A stretch of 64,000 nt of DNA from Candidatus Poribacteria bacterium (lineage in GTDB: Bacteria; Poribacteria; WGA-4E; WGA-3G): the NCBI GenBank assembly GCA_963663765.2, contig CAXXUA010000007.1, positions 1 through 64,000 on the forward strand, in the 5' to 3' direction. The notes beneath the pieces were generated by a model. The model made no database searches, was not told where the DNA came from, and saw only the letters and a list, made by a program, of their open reading frames with translations. The translations under genes were made by a program, and so were the position numbers. This document shows positions 20,909 through 32,880 of the stretch, in pieces; positions within the stretch are counted from its first letter, which is position 1; each line of letters opens with the position of its first letter.

Positions 20909-21457
20909 CTATTGTGCCTCAACGCTTAGTCCTTCCTGAGCGATGTCGTTGTTTGCGACCAGCATATCCCGGTCAAAGATGAAATCACTTCGTGAACTAC
21001 CAAGGTCTTCACCTTCTGCTTGACGTTCACGAAAGTATTGTGGCAATGTCAAACCTGTCATACGAATAGCATCTTCGGGACATGCTTCAACACAGTACCC
21101 ACAGAAAATGCAGCGTAGCATATTTATTTCAAATACGTCAGGATATTTTTCTCGTTGATAACCTTCTTTTGTTGTCCATCCTTCTGGTGCAGGTGCTGCT
21201 TGGATTGTGATGCAGTCAGCTGGGCACGCTGTTGCGCATAAGAAACATGCAACACATTTGATTTCATCTTTTTCAGTCGTGGTGAGTTTGTGAATGCCGC
21301 GATATCGATCATTGCGTTCATTGACGCTTCGCGGGTCTTCAGGGTACTGAACTGTGAGTTTCTTTTTTGGGATGTGTTTTAACGTTGTGAACATCCCTTT
21401 AATCAACGCTGGGATATAGAGTCTATCCCAAAATGACATCTCTTCGTTAACTTTCAT
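20909..21457 (-). CDS. nuoI: NADH-quinone oxidoreductase subunit I
   Basis: TVQYPE, RYRGIH, CVACFLCATACP, INMLRCIFCGYCVEACPEDAI. Confidence 0.9.
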   Translation of the reverse strand: MKVNEEMSFWDRLYIPALIKGMFTTLKHIPKKKLTVQYPEDPRSVNERNDRYRGIHKLTTTEKDEIKCVACFLCATACPADCITIQAAPAPEGWTTKEGYQREKYPDVFEINMLRCIFCGYCVEACPEDAIRMTGLTLPQYFRERQAEGEDLGSSRSDFIFDRDMLVANNDIAQEGLSVEAQ

Positions 21458-21525
21458 ATACGCTTTCCTTTCTTTTAAAACTTTGACCTATATTCCTTGG
21501 TTTATAAGATACGTTGCAAAACAGT

Positions 21526-23118
<1,593 letters not shown>

Positions 23119-23160
23119 TTATAGCATATTAACACTTTCATGTCAAAAATATTTTAATAT

Positions 23161-23358
23161 GTGTGTGTAAAGTTTTTACTTATGTCTGAACCAGGATTTT
23201 CAGGATTAGCAGATTTCCAGGATTACCCCATCAGGTGTTTCTGCTTAGTATAAGCGTATATTGGGAATGGCACACTACTGCTTCAACCTCCTATGTAGGT
23301 ATTTTTGTAATCCTGAAAATCCTGGTTCAGACAAATGCCAAGAACTTTTTACACTCTC
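23161..23358. mobile_element. Degenerate ISKra4-type MITE enclosing a 26-bp perfect inverted-repeat element
   Basis: GTGTGTGTAAAGTTTTT ... AACTTTTTACACTCTC; inner TGTCTGAACCAGGATTTTCAGGATTA (23183-23208) with its reverse complement at 23308-23333. Confidence 0.65.
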
Positions 23359-23435
23359 TATCAGATTTTTGCTCTAATATAATTTTCGTAACTATGGTAA
23401 AATACCAAAAACTATTGAACAATAGGAGAAATTAA

Positions 23436-24482
23436 ATGGAGAATCTTAACGTTGGAATTGTTGGTCTTGGATGGGTTGCTGGTGCACATATTGAAGCATT
23501 CAAAGCTGTATCTGGGGCAGATGTCACCGCTATCTGTTCACGCCGAGAACACGATGAAGCAGTGCTTGCGGAAACTTACGGTACACCACTTAAAGCCTAT
23601 ACGGATTATGAAGAAATGCTTGCTGATCCGGATATACATATCATAGATATTTGCACACCACATCCCTTTCATGCGGAACAAGCGATCGCTGCAGCAAACG
23701 CAGGAAAACACCTCATCATTGAAAAACCGATCTGTCTTACATATCAAGATGCGATTGCAATACGAGATGTTGTGAAATCCACTGGTGTCAACGTGTGTGT
23801 CTGTTTTGAGTGTCGTTTTAGTGCACATTTCACAATGATACGTTCTGTGATTGACAATGGACTACTCGGTGAACTGCACTACGCTGAAGTTGATTACTAC
23901 CACGGTATCGGTCCTTGGTATGGACAATATGAATGGAACATCAAAAAGGACTTCGGTGGCAGCACCCTACTTACGGCAGGATGTCATGCACTTGATGCAC
24001 TTCTCTTTTTTATGGATGGAAATGTTGAGGAGGTAACCAGTTACCACACACAATCCATAGGGGAAGCATTCCAACCTTATGAATACAAAACTACCAGCGT
24101 GAGTCTGCTGAAGTTTGAAGGTGGACAGAAGATCGGTAAGGTTACATCTTGTGTAGATTGTCTACAACCCTACTACTTCCACATACACCTTGTTGGCAGT
24201 GAAGGGAGTCTGCTTGACAATCGTATCTATTCTGCAAAACTGAAAGGTATGGATAAGAGTAGATGGAGCACACTTGAAACATCGCTGATTGACTCTGGTG
24301 ATGTGAGTGACCATCCTTACGAACCACAGTTCCAAGCATTTGTGGATAGCATTGGACGTGATGAACCGATGCCGTTAACTGATTTTAATACTGCTTTTGA
24401 GACGCACCGCGTTGTGTTTGCTGCGGACCAGTCTGCAGAAGCGGGAGGACGCACTGTCAAGTTGTCTGAACTTGCGATTTAA
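23436..24482 (+). CDS. Gfo/Idh/MocA family oxidoreductase
   Basis: [33 protein letters not shown]. Confidence 0.9.
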   Translation: MENLNVGIVGLGWVAGAHIEAFKAVSGADVTAICSRREHDEAVLAETYGTPLKAYTDYEEMLADPDIHIIDICTPHPFHAEQAIAAANAGKHLIIEKPICLTYQDAIAIRDVVKSTGVNVCVCFECRFSAHFTMIRSVIDNGLLGELHYAEVDYYHGIGPWYGQYEWNIKKDFGGSTLLTAGCHALDALLFFMDGNVEEVTSYHTQSIGEAFQPYEYKTTSVSLLKFEGGQKIGKVTSCVDCLQPYYFHIHLVGSEGSLLDNRIYSAKLKGMDKSRWSTLETSLIDSGDVSDHPYEPQFQAFVDSIGRDEPMPLTDFNTAFETHRVVFAADQSAEAGGRTVKLSELAI

Positions 24483-24677
24483 GCATTATAACGTGAGTTC
24501 AATAAATGGATTCATGTTAATTATGGTTCAATTAGGGACTTAACCTGTTCCGATTGTGGAACTTCTCAAAAATATTAGAATTGGGAATGAGCATATTCTT
24601 GCTTCACCATCAACATAGAAGTGAGTATTTCAACTTTTAACAGCAATTATCGCATTTTTCACGAGTGATACGCGGTG

Positions 24678-25547
24678 TTACTTTGAAAGTTTATTACCCA
24701 ATTTATCAATGTATATAACCTCAACCCCTTTCGGTTCAATTCCAAAAATATTGAGAAGGAATATTTGCATGGAATTAAGTCGTGTACCAAAGTATTGTAC
24801 ATTAGGTCCATTATCTTTACGTTGCACATAGACAACATCTCGGTTCTGATAAAACGGCAGAACTTTGTCCCCAATGTGGATACCCCCTGTAACCGGTTCA
24901 CCTACTGTGCGTTCCATCGTGTGCTTCCGCTTTAGAAAAAGAAGGTGATGTTCAAGATATCTTTTTTTGATTCTATCTATGTCTGATACAGGTATTCCAA
25001 ATGTCTCTGATTCTTCCTGAAGCAATCCGGGGATGTTATCAATCCTATCTGTTACCACTCGCGCATCCATATACTGAGCATATTCAAGAAAATTGTGGAA
25101 GATAACTCCTCTATCAAGCAAATATTGCAGCCACTGTTCAGGAGGAACTCTTTTATCAATCCTTCTACGCGATTCATCTTGCATGTACGCTATATAATAG
25201 GAATCCATGAGTGCTTCAACGGTTTGCGGGCCTTTATGCCATGTCATCATTGCAACCCACAAATCCTGTTCTGTCATTTTAGGAATTGTAGTCCCTTCAA
25301 AGTAGGGTTCAGCATCATCAGTTTTGGTAGATTTCTCTTTGGTTATAGTTGAGGTATCGTTCTTGGGTGGGGTATAATACTCAACCTCTCCATTTGGCCC
25401 GATTCGTCCAACAGCATCTATTGGGAACTTGTATTTATGAAAAGAAGGGGTTATTATCGCATCAAGAATAACGAAAACGCCAAGAATAAGAATTAAGCCT
25501 CCTATTACTAGTCCACCTATAAAAAGTTTTTTGGGGAAATGTTTCAT
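24678..25547 (-). CDS. Hypothetical membrane-anchored protein
   Basis: 289-aa ORF, N-terminal TM helix, AGGA RBS. Confidence 0.75.
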   Translation of the reverse strand: MKHFPKKLFIGGLVIGGLILILGVFVILDAIITPSFHKYKFPIDAVGRIGPNGEVEYYTPPKNDTSTITKEKSTKTDDAEPYFEGTTIPKMTEQDLWVAMMTWHKGPQTVEALMDSYYIAYMQDESRRRIDKRVPPEQWLQYLLDRGVIFHNFLEYAQYMDARVVTDRIDNIPGLLQEESETFGIPVSDIDRIKKRYLEHHLLFLKRKHTMERTVGEPVTGGIHIGDKVLPFYQNRDVVYVQRKDNGPNVQYFGTRLNSMQIFLLNIFGIEPKGVEVIYIDKLGNKLSK

Positions 25548-25631
25548 TTCGTTATTTCCTTGTTAGGATTTCTCTGTTCGGAGTTTGTATATTTCGTATA
25601 TAAAGTCACATGTTAACACATCTCCGGTTTA

Positions 25632-26537
25632 TAGTGAAATCTATAATTATGTTTACATTTTTTTTGAATTTTGTTTTAATAATGTTATTATGAGATATTC
25701 AACAGATTTACGAAAACTTGCTCTAGATTTTATAGCAGATGGTGGCAGTATAGCTGAAGCTGCACGAAGGTTTAAAATATCGCGCCCTTGTATCTATACA
25801 TGGCTTGACGCAAAAGATCCTCTCTCGTATAAAAAACCGGGACCCCGAAAACCCCATCGTCTTGACCCAGAAGCACTGGCTGAACATGTCAAAAAGTTCC
25901 CAGACAGCACCCAGAAAGAACGAGCTGCACATTTTAGCGTGTCGCAGCAATGTGTTTGGTATGGTCTAAAGAAACTCGGTTGTACCCGAAAAAAAAGACG
26001 TTCACCTACAAGGAACAATGTCCTATAAAGCAGGAGGTATATAAGACTGAACTTCAGACATCACTTCAGAATGGAAAAACACCTGTCTTTATTGACGAAA
26101 GCGGTTTTACTATAGAAAGTGTCCGGCAATATGCGTATGCTCCCAAGGGGGTTAGCATAGAAGGGACAATCTCAAGCAATCAGTATAGACACACCTCACT
26201 GATTGCTGCACGAGTCAATGGTTGTTTTACAGTGCCGATGCTTTTTGAGGGTGCTTGTGATGGACTTGCCTTCAATGCTTGGCTTGAAAACATGTTATGT
26301 CCGATACTTGATGCGTCACATGTCGTCGTATTGGATAATGCGTCTTTCCATAAAGGGAAAAAGACAAAAGAACTCATCGCTGCGTGTGATGCGAGTTTAC
26401 TATTTTTGCCACCTTATTCACCTGAACTTAATCCTATTGAAAAAGATTTTGCAAACATTAAGCGTAAACGCGAATACAATCCCAATATGTCTATTGATGA
26501 AATTATAAAAGTGTATAGGTAATTATAGATTTTACTA
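25632..26537 (+). mobile_element. IS630-family insertion sequence (about 906 bp)
   Basis: 18-bp TIR TAGTGAAATCTATAATTA / TAATTATAGATTTTACTA (1 mismatch), TA on both flanks. Confidence 0.92.
25690..26522 (+). CDS. IS630 transposase in two frames joined by a -1 shift at an A8 run (25989-25996)
   Basis: ORF1 MRYSTDLRK HTH; ORF2 FIDESG, VLDNASFH, LPPYSPELNPIE. Confidence 0.85.
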
Positions 26538-26700
26538 TAAGATAAACAGGTTTTCTGAATCCTGTGTTTCTGGACGCAAAAACCCCCGCAGCAAGAAAGT
26601 GTCCAACTAAGCGCACGTAAAAAGCCGGTGCAACCTTGAAGACCTTCAATGTTGTTTCGCAATAAAATAATTAATGTCAATATTTTTTGAAAAATAGAGT

Positions 26701-27750
26701 TTATCCGTTTTTTCTATGCCATTCCTGCACTGCTATTGGGATTTCTTGAAGGTTCTCTATTGTTGTTTGGAGGGGTATCGCACATTCAGGACCGATGAGA
26801 GGTACACCTGCCTCTAAGTTTTTGACGACTTCTATTTTGACATCTTCTGGTTCTTTAGCAAAAAGGGTTTCGGGATTGTTGATATTGCCAATCAATGCGA
26901 TTCGTTTTTGGACGATATCCATCGATTCTTTAGGTTCATTTTTGGAGTCGTAGTGGAAGGCTGCCATACCTGTTTGTGCTATATATTCCATGCGATCAAC
27001 GGTGCGTCCACATATATGGAGGATGAGCGGAATTGGAATCCGTTCCACGAATTCAATGTGTAGGTCGCGTAGATAACGTTTGTAGTATTCACCACTGACA
27101 AGGTCACCCGTTGCGTGATCAGGGAGAGTGAGAGCATCCGCGCCTGCTTCAATCTGTGCGATACCGAATTGCACTGTTGCTTCCTTCATTCTATCCAGTG
27201 CAAGTTTTGTTTTGCCCGGATCATCAAGGGACAACAATAGGAAGGGTTCAACACCGAAGCAGTGGTACCCAAGCGACCAAGGTCCCATCGTCTTGCCGAT
27301 GACAGCGACTTCATCGCCATATTCTTTCTTTAGTATCTTTATCGCTTCCAAAACACATTGTGTGTCTGGGTGTGTTAGGAAATCCTTTGGAATGTTGATG
27401 TCGTCAACATCTTCCCAGATCGGTTCACGCATCTTGACAGTTGGCCAGTTGTCTTTTTGCTCCCACTGGATTTTGCAGCCAAGTGCGCTTGACTCTTGGA
27501 TAATCGTGAAGACTGGCATGATGGTGTCAAAACCGAGTTCTGTGTATCCTGTGGCAGCGAGTCTTGCCATGAGTTCTGGTTCGCGATTTGCCTGTGGGAA
27601 CGGTGCGTCAACCAAATCCATCAGTTCGACGGTGGCGACAGAGGTGGGATTGCAAACTGGGGTGCGGTCAGTCGGTTCGTTACGTAGTGCTGCGAGAACC
27701 CTTTCTCTACCTGACATCTGTTTGACGGTATGTTGCATTGAACTTTCCAC
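26701..27750 (-). CDS. MtaA/CmuA-type methyltransferase (UroD family)
   Basis: MSGRERVLAAL, GPWS, QIEAGAD, Zn ligands in LHICG and GPECA. Confidence 0.85.
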   Translation of the reverse strand: MESSMQHTVKQMSGRERVLAALRNEPTDRTPVCNPTSVATVELMDLVDAPFPQANREPELMARLAATGYTELGFDTIMPVFTIIQESSALGCKIQWEQKDNWPTVKMREPIWEDVDDINIPKDFLTHPDTQCVLEAIKILKKEYGDEVAVIGKTMGPWSLGYHCFGVEPFLLLSLDDPGKTKLALDRMKEATVQFGIAQIEAGADALTLPDHATGDLVSGEYYKRYLRDLHIEFVERIPIPLILHICGRTVDRMEYIAQTGMAAFHYDSKNEPKESMDIVQKRIALIGNINNPETLFAKEPEDVKIEVVKNLEAGVPLIGPECAIPLQTTIENLQEIPIAVQEWHRKNG

Positions 27751-27760
27751 GATTTTTTCC

Positions 27761-28399
27761 TTATGATTGTTGACTTGGTGCAGTTAGGACACCACGAGCA
27801 GCAACGGATTCTTCTTCACGTAGGATGACTCGGACATTTGGGGCACGGACTAATAGGAGACCAACGAGTTCATCGTGCGACTGACCACATGGAAAGACAA
27901 CTGAATTAGGATCGTTATCCTTGGAGTTATTCATTTCTCCTAATTTTGCTAAACCTGCAGCAATCGCAGCAACCCTTCGTTCTGCACTACGTCCTTCACC
28001 ATTGGAACGAACACTATAGATACCGTTTTCCACGGAATCAACTGTAATTGTCTGTTTAGACTTTTTATCCAGTGTTTTTAGTGGACGGGGTTGTATAGAT
28101 GTGTCAGGTGCGATTTTGCATGCTTCTAAAAAGACACGTCTGCATGCTGCCTCATGTTTATCACCACAAGGGAAACAGAGTAATCCATCATTATTCTGCT
28201 GCATTCCACCTAATATACGCATTGCATAGCTGACTTCCTGTATGCGGTTCTCAGCACCTTCAAAACTACTATAGGTATGCACACGGTAAACAGCACGAGA
28301 TTCAAGTTCCTGTTGGTAAAGTGCTATCGTAATATCCTTGAAATGCGGATCAATCGGAACAAGTTCAATACGTCTACCGATATTAACAACGGATGCCAT
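27761..28399 (-). CDS. Hypothetical protein with duplicated FPCGxxH motif
   Basis: FPCGDKH and FPCGQSH; 10 bp from the methyltransferase start. Confidence 0.75.
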   Translation of the reverse strand: MASVVNIGRRIELVPIDPHFKDITIALYQQELESRAVYRVHTYSSFEGAENRIQEVSYAMRILGGMQQNNDGLLCFPCGDKHEAACRRVFLEACKIAPDTSIQPRPLKTLDKKSKQTITVDSVENGIYSVRSNGEGRSAERRVAAIAAGLAKLGEMNNSKDNDPNSVVFPCGQSHDELVGLLLVRAPNVRVILREEESVAARGVLTAPSQQS

Positions 28400-28419
28400 A
28401 GAATGCCTTGAATTACCAC

Positions 28420-29331
28420 TTAACGGACAGGGAACTTATCACCATAACTTTTGTAGATATAGTCATAAACTCTTTCTGATACTCCGCGCATGATTTTTTC
28501 ACGTTGATTTACCCATGCACCAATCGGAATGCGGTGTGTATGAGTGTTTGTCTTGGTCTTGTCTTCAATCAATCCAGTAAATAGATAAGGACGCGGATTT
28601 CCACTTGGATCATAAAGCACAAAAATACCGCTATCTCCAGCGAGTCCGTAAACATTTACCGTTTTATTATATATCTTAGTAGACGGTGGAATTCGGGTTT
28701 GTTTGAAGTTGTTATCCTTATTAGGAAGTTGAAGATAATACTTCATTTTATTGGAGTAAGGTAGATTATTGTGCCATAGTTGCTTATAGAATCTGTTTAA
28801 ATCTTGTGGTGAAGTTGAATTCCGATATGCACGTCCGTTAGTGGGAATATATTCAATGATCTTGGTCTGCTTAAAATAAGGATAGATGGCTTTCAATCTA
28901 CGATTTAAGGTGCTTGGTCCACCTATTTTGCGTATTATATAGTTTGTTGAAGTATTTGAACTGTTACGAATCATTTTTTCTAAATGATGTCGATTTGTAT
29001 TTGAATGCGTTAATCGTCCTTGCTTCACTTCATGAAAATATAAAAGCATAATGTAATTATTAACGAAATCGGCAGCCATCGTCTGACGATCCTCATTAAT
29101 GGATACCAATGTTTTCTCACTTGACAGGTCATAGACAGCAACACTGATTTGGTCCGAGGATGTTAAATCCTTATTTTCTTTGAGTGTTTTGAAGTATTCA
29201 TCTAAGTTTTGCTCAAGTGGAGAATCATATAAGGAATCTTTTTCAGCATACAAGACAGCAGTACAACAGATTAATAAAGCAATTCCAATATAATAGACGG
29301 TGTGTAAATGTTTGTTCATATTAGTATCCAT
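28420..29331 (-). CDS. Class A beta-lactamase-like protein lacking catalytic Ser/Lys
   Basis: Paralog of the next gene; AADFVN replaces AASLIK, KTV replaces KTG. Confidence 0.8.
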   Translation of the reverse strand: MDTNMNKHLHTVYYIGIALLICCTAVLYAEKDSLYDSPLEQNLDEYFKTLKENKDLTSSDQISVAVYDLSSEKTLVSINEDRQTMAADFVNNYIMLLYFHEVKQGRLTHSNTNRHHLEKMIRNSSNTSTNYIIRKIGGPSTLNRRLKAIYPYFKQTKIIEYIPTNGRAYRNSTSPQDLNRFYKQLWHNNLPYSNKMKYYLQLPNKDNNFKQTRIPPSTKIYNKTVNVYGLAGDSGIFVLYDPSGNPRPYLFTGLIEDKTKTNTHTHRIPIGAWVNQREKIMRGVSERVYDYIYKSYGDKFPVR

Positions 29332-29363
29332 TGGATTTTGTGAAATGTTTTCACAATGTTCTG

Positions 29364-30275
29364 TTATCGGATAGTGAATTTACCACCATAACTATTGTAG
29401 ATATAACCGTAAGCACGTTCAGACACACCTCGTAGGATACTTGCCCGTTGATTTACCCATGCGCCGAATGAGATACGTCGTCTGCGAGTGCTAGTCTTAG
29501 TTTTGTCTTCAATAAGTCCAGTGAAAACGTAGGGACGTGGATTCCCTTTTGGATCACGAAGTACTAAAATACCGCTATCACCCACGAGTCCGTAGACAGT
29601 TCCGGTTTTGTTGTAGACTTTGGTAGAAGATGGTATTCGTGTTCGTTTGTAGATGTAATCTCCATTGGGAAGTTCAAGATAGTACTTCATTTTATGTGAA
29701 TATGGTAGTTTGTTATGCCATAATTGAACATAGAACTTGTTTAGATCATGTGCACTTGTGGTGTTGCGATAGGTGCGTCCGTTTGTGGGGATATATTCAA
29801 TAATCTTGGTCTGCTTAAAGTAAGAATAGTTGGCTTTCAATCTACGATTTACGGTGTATGGTCCACCTATTTTACGAATAAAATAGTTTGTAGAAGAATT
29901 TGAACTGTAACGTATCATTTTTTCCAAATGACGCCGGTTTGTATTTGTATGCGTTAAACGACCTTGCTTCACTTCATGAAAATATGCAAGCATGACAAAG
30001 TTCTTAATTAATGAAGCAGCCATCATTTGCTGATCTTCGTTGATAGAAACTAGTTTTTTCCCTTTTGTAATATCATAAACGACAAAACTTGTCCGTTCTG
30101 TTGAAGCCAATGGTCCTTTTCGTCGATACTTTTTTATAAAGTCATCGATCTTTTGTTCAAGTGGAGAATCTATAGAAGGATCTTGTGTCGCATGAATCCC
30201 AGTGGGTCCAATGAGTAAGACACAGAGTCCGCAGAATACTAAGAACTTTGAGATATTATTATAATGAGCTTTCAT
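29364..30275 (-). CDS. Class A beta-lactamase-like serine hydrolase (secreted)
   Basis: SxxK (AASLIK), SSN, NTTSAHDL, KTG; signal peptide. Confidence 0.85.
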   Translation of the reverse strand: MKAHYNNISKFLVFCGLCVLLIGPTGIHATQDPSIDSPLEQKIDDFIKKYRRKGPLASTERTSFVVYDITKGKKLVSINEDQQMMAASLIKNFVMLAYFHEVKQGRLTHTNTNRRHLEKMIRYSSNSSTNYFIRKIGGPYTVNRRLKANYSYFKQTKIIEYIPTNGRTYRNTTSAHDLNKFYVQLWHNKLPYSHKMKYYLELPNGDYIYKRTRIPSSTKVYNKTGTVYGLVGDSGILVLRDPKGNPRPYVFTGLIEDKTKTSTRRRRISFGAWVNQRASILRGVSERAYGYIYNSYGGKFTIR

Positions 30276-30401
30276 CAGATTTTGTCTTCCTCTTTTTATG
30301 TCATGTGATATGTAAAATAAAACAAAAGCGGGTATAAAATATTCCCTATAAGTGGGATTATGATTGCTTTAGTTGATAGTGTTATGTCGACCGTATACCA
30401 T

Positions 30402-31922
30402 TTATATGGTCGGTAACAGGTAACAAGCGGCTTCGCGGTTGTTTCGAACGAGTAGGTAATTCCCCGCGAGTGCGGGGTTGTTCCATGTTTGCCCTGACAA
30501 AGCTGGAAATTGAGCCAGTTCTATATGTTCATCTGGATTCGGTTCAATTAACACAATCTCGCCATCTTCGGTGAGAATTAACAGGACATCTGAGATTAAA
30601 ATTGTCTGACCGTGTCCGTAGCGACCTCGTTTCCATTTGCGAGTACCGTCAACGGCATTTATACAAGTGAAAATTCCGTCATCAAGGCCGTATACAAAGT
30701 TTTTGTAATAAATAATTGTTGTAAACTTTGCTTTGAAAAAGATACTCTCCCATATAAGATTAACGTCAAAATTGTCTGTCTGGTTACTTTTGGTAATCTG
30801 GAATAATTTAGCACCGATTCCATAAGAAGTGGAAACGAGAAGCCTATCTTCAGGTAATGGTGTTGGTTGTGCGATACACTCTACACTGGTATTAGGCCAA
30901 GGTTTTTCCCACAAGAGTTCACCTGTGGTAGGTTCATGTGAAGTTACAAGTCCTTGATCAAAAAGTACTACCTGTTCAGTTCCTGCAATGTTTAGTAGGA
31001 CAGGTGAACTATAGGCGCTTTGTACCCTCTGTCCTTTCCAAGCTATCTGTCCTGTCTCTTTGAAGTATGCGACTGCCCCACCAGCACTGACTATTACCAC
31101 ATTATCGTGAACAAGTGGGGAAACACTCACACCCCATGGTGGAGCTTTTGCGTTGTTCTCTTCAAAGATGTTAGTAGTCCAAATCTGCGTACCTGTTGCA
31201 AAATCCAAACAGTTCAGGATACCAGTTGAACCGACGGTGAAGACACTTTCTCCATCAATGGTTGGGGTTGCGCGTGGACCAAGTCTTCCAAGAGCTGTAT
31301 AGTATCGCGCTTGATCTTTGTGTGTCCACTTTTCCTCACCAGTGAGTAGGTCATAACATACTACCTTTTCCCATTCGTCTTCCTGTTCCTGAGTAATTGC
31401 TGAATCACCGACAACAGCAAAACCAGACCATCCATCACCAATCGGCTGTTTCCACACTAACTGTGGTGGGGTGTTTTCCCAGTCGGTGTTTAGTTTGATG
31501 TTGGTGACTGATGCGTTGCGATTCGGTCCAAGGAACTGAGGGTAATCTGTCAATATATGTGCTGTTAGAGTCTGTCCATTTAATGAACCGACAGCACGTT
31601 GTGTAGGTTTGCGCCATCTCCATTCAAATTTCAGTGCAAGGTCACCACTGAAACCATCGAACCGGAATAGAATAGAAAAAGAAACAATAGTGAAAAGGGT
31701 AACAGCAAAGGAAATTAATCTAATTCGCCATGCAATACGCGAGAGTGCCATCAACCATACTATCCCAAGAATTGTGGTTATGATGAGTATCACTTGGGTC
31801 AACATAACTTTTTCTTGGCGATGGCGAGCATCCAGTAACCACACTAATATGATCGCTATGACGCAAAGACTAACGATAATATATAATGGCCAGAAACGGA
31901 TGCTTTTTTTGTCTGATGTCAT
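30402..31922 (-). CDS. Membrane-anchored PQQ-type (BamB-like) beta-propeller protein
   Basis: N-terminal TM helices, YPQFLGPNRN, GPRATP, SAYSSP, TWNNPAL. Confidence 0.85.
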   Translation of the reverse strand: MTSDKKSIRFWPLYIIVSLCVIAIILVWLLDARHRQEKVMLTQVILIITTILGIVWLMALSRIAWRIRLISFAVTLFTIVSFSILFRFDGFSGDLALKFEWRWRKPTQRAVGSLNGQTLTAHILTDYPQFLGPNRNASVTNIKLNTDWENTPPQLVWKQPIGDGWSGFAVVGDSAITQEQEDEWEKVVCYDLLTGEEKWTHKDQARYYTALGRLGPRATPTIDGESVFTVGSTGILNCLDFATGTQIWTTNIFEENNAKAPPWGVSVSPLVHDNVVIVSAGGAVAYFKETGQIAWKGQRVQSAYSSPVLLNIAGTEQVVLFDQGLVTSHEPTTGELLWEKPWPNTSVECIAQPTPLPEDRLLVSTSYGIGAKLFQITKSNQTDNFDVNLIWESIFFKAKFTTIIYYKNFVYGLDDGIFTCINAVDGTRKWKRGRYGHGQTILISDVLLILTEDGEIVLIEPNPDEHIELAQFPALSGQTWNNPALAGNYLLVRNNREAACYLLPTI

Positions 31923-32034
31923 AAAAAGACTACTAACCTAAAGCGTTTAAATTTTTGTACAGTGTAATTCTAATATAAAATACTGATCAATTATTGTCAA
32001 GTTAAATTGTATTGTTTTTCCTGAATCAACGATT

Positions 32035-32880
32035 TCAAACTTTCACAACAAATTCTGTTCCTTTTTGAAACCACTGCTGAAGAATAGTGTTTTCATTGGA
32101 GGTACGTTTTGCTTGTGTTCCCGTTGCTTGTGTTAGGTCTATTGTAGCAGTAACGATCTGATCACCAAAGAATCCTGCTTCCTTTATAACATTTCCATTA
32201 GGATGAATGATCTTTGAGTTGCCATGTGATGACCCAGATGACCTAAGATCATTGGGATTCGCAGGTGTATTTGTCATAACGAGATAGATGCCGTTTTCAG
32301 TTGCGCGTGAAATGGGCATAGCACGATAAGCAGAGAGTTTATTTTCTGATAACAGACCTGATTCACATGAACAATAAAAGCAGATTTGTGCTCCCATTGC
32401 AGCTGGCAGTTTGACTAATTCTGGATAGCGGACATCATGGCAAATGATAAAGCAACAGTCTACCCCAGCTAACTCCACAATTGGTAGTTTGCCGCGATTA
32501 TTGGTACACCATTTTTCACCTGCGAGAAAAGTCTTACTGTAGCGATATCTAATGCTGCCATGTTGATCAAATATTACCAAGTCGTTATGCCAATTATCAC
32601 TATCATGCTTAGCTGAACCAACTATAACTGCAATGTTGTGTCGTCGTGCTGCATCTGCGATTCTTGTTTCTGCCTCCTTAAATATCTGTGTAGAAATATG
32701 TTTCCAATAGGAAGTATCACAACAATAACCGTATAAGCATCCTTCAGGAAATGCAGCTATTTGAACCTGCATTTCTGCACATGCTTCTATTTGCTTAAGC
32801 ACTTTTGATGTGCTTGCATTAACGTCTTTACTTGTTAACAGCTGACATGCTGCGACTTTTATCTGGTTTTTTGACATCAT
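32035..32880 (-). CDS. Carbon-nitrogen hydrolase (nitrilase superfamily)
   Basis: E-K-C triad in FPEG, YSK, ICHD; RATEN, GNSKII; ATGA overlap with upstream gene. Confidence 0.9.
   Translation of the reverse strand: MMSKNQIKVAACQLLTSKDVNASTSKVLKQIEACAEMQVQIAAFPEGCLYGYCCDTSYWKHISTQIFKEAETRIADAARRHNIAVIVGSAKHDSDNWHNDLVIFDQHGSIRYRYSKTFLAGEKWCTNNRGKLPIVELAGVDCCFIICHDVRYPELVKLPAAMGAQICFYCSCESGLLSENKLSAYRAMPISRATENGIYLVMTNTPANPNDLRSSGSSHGNSKIIHPNGNVIKEAGFFGDQIVTATIDLTQATGTQAKRTSNENTILQQWFQKGTEFVVKV

Noticed and set aside
24491-24663. IS982-type MITE starting ACGTGAGTTCAATAA
   Set aside because: Left end matches 1992 but no convincing right end or TSD
25989-25996. IS630 split as a pseudogene or novelty
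   Set aside because: A -1 shift at an A-run between the HTH and DDE frames is normal for IS630
27128-27766. 212-aa + strand ORF and other antisense ORFs (e.g. 2265-2828, 52669-54567, 59984-60706)
   Set aside because: Shadow frames opposite well-supported genes
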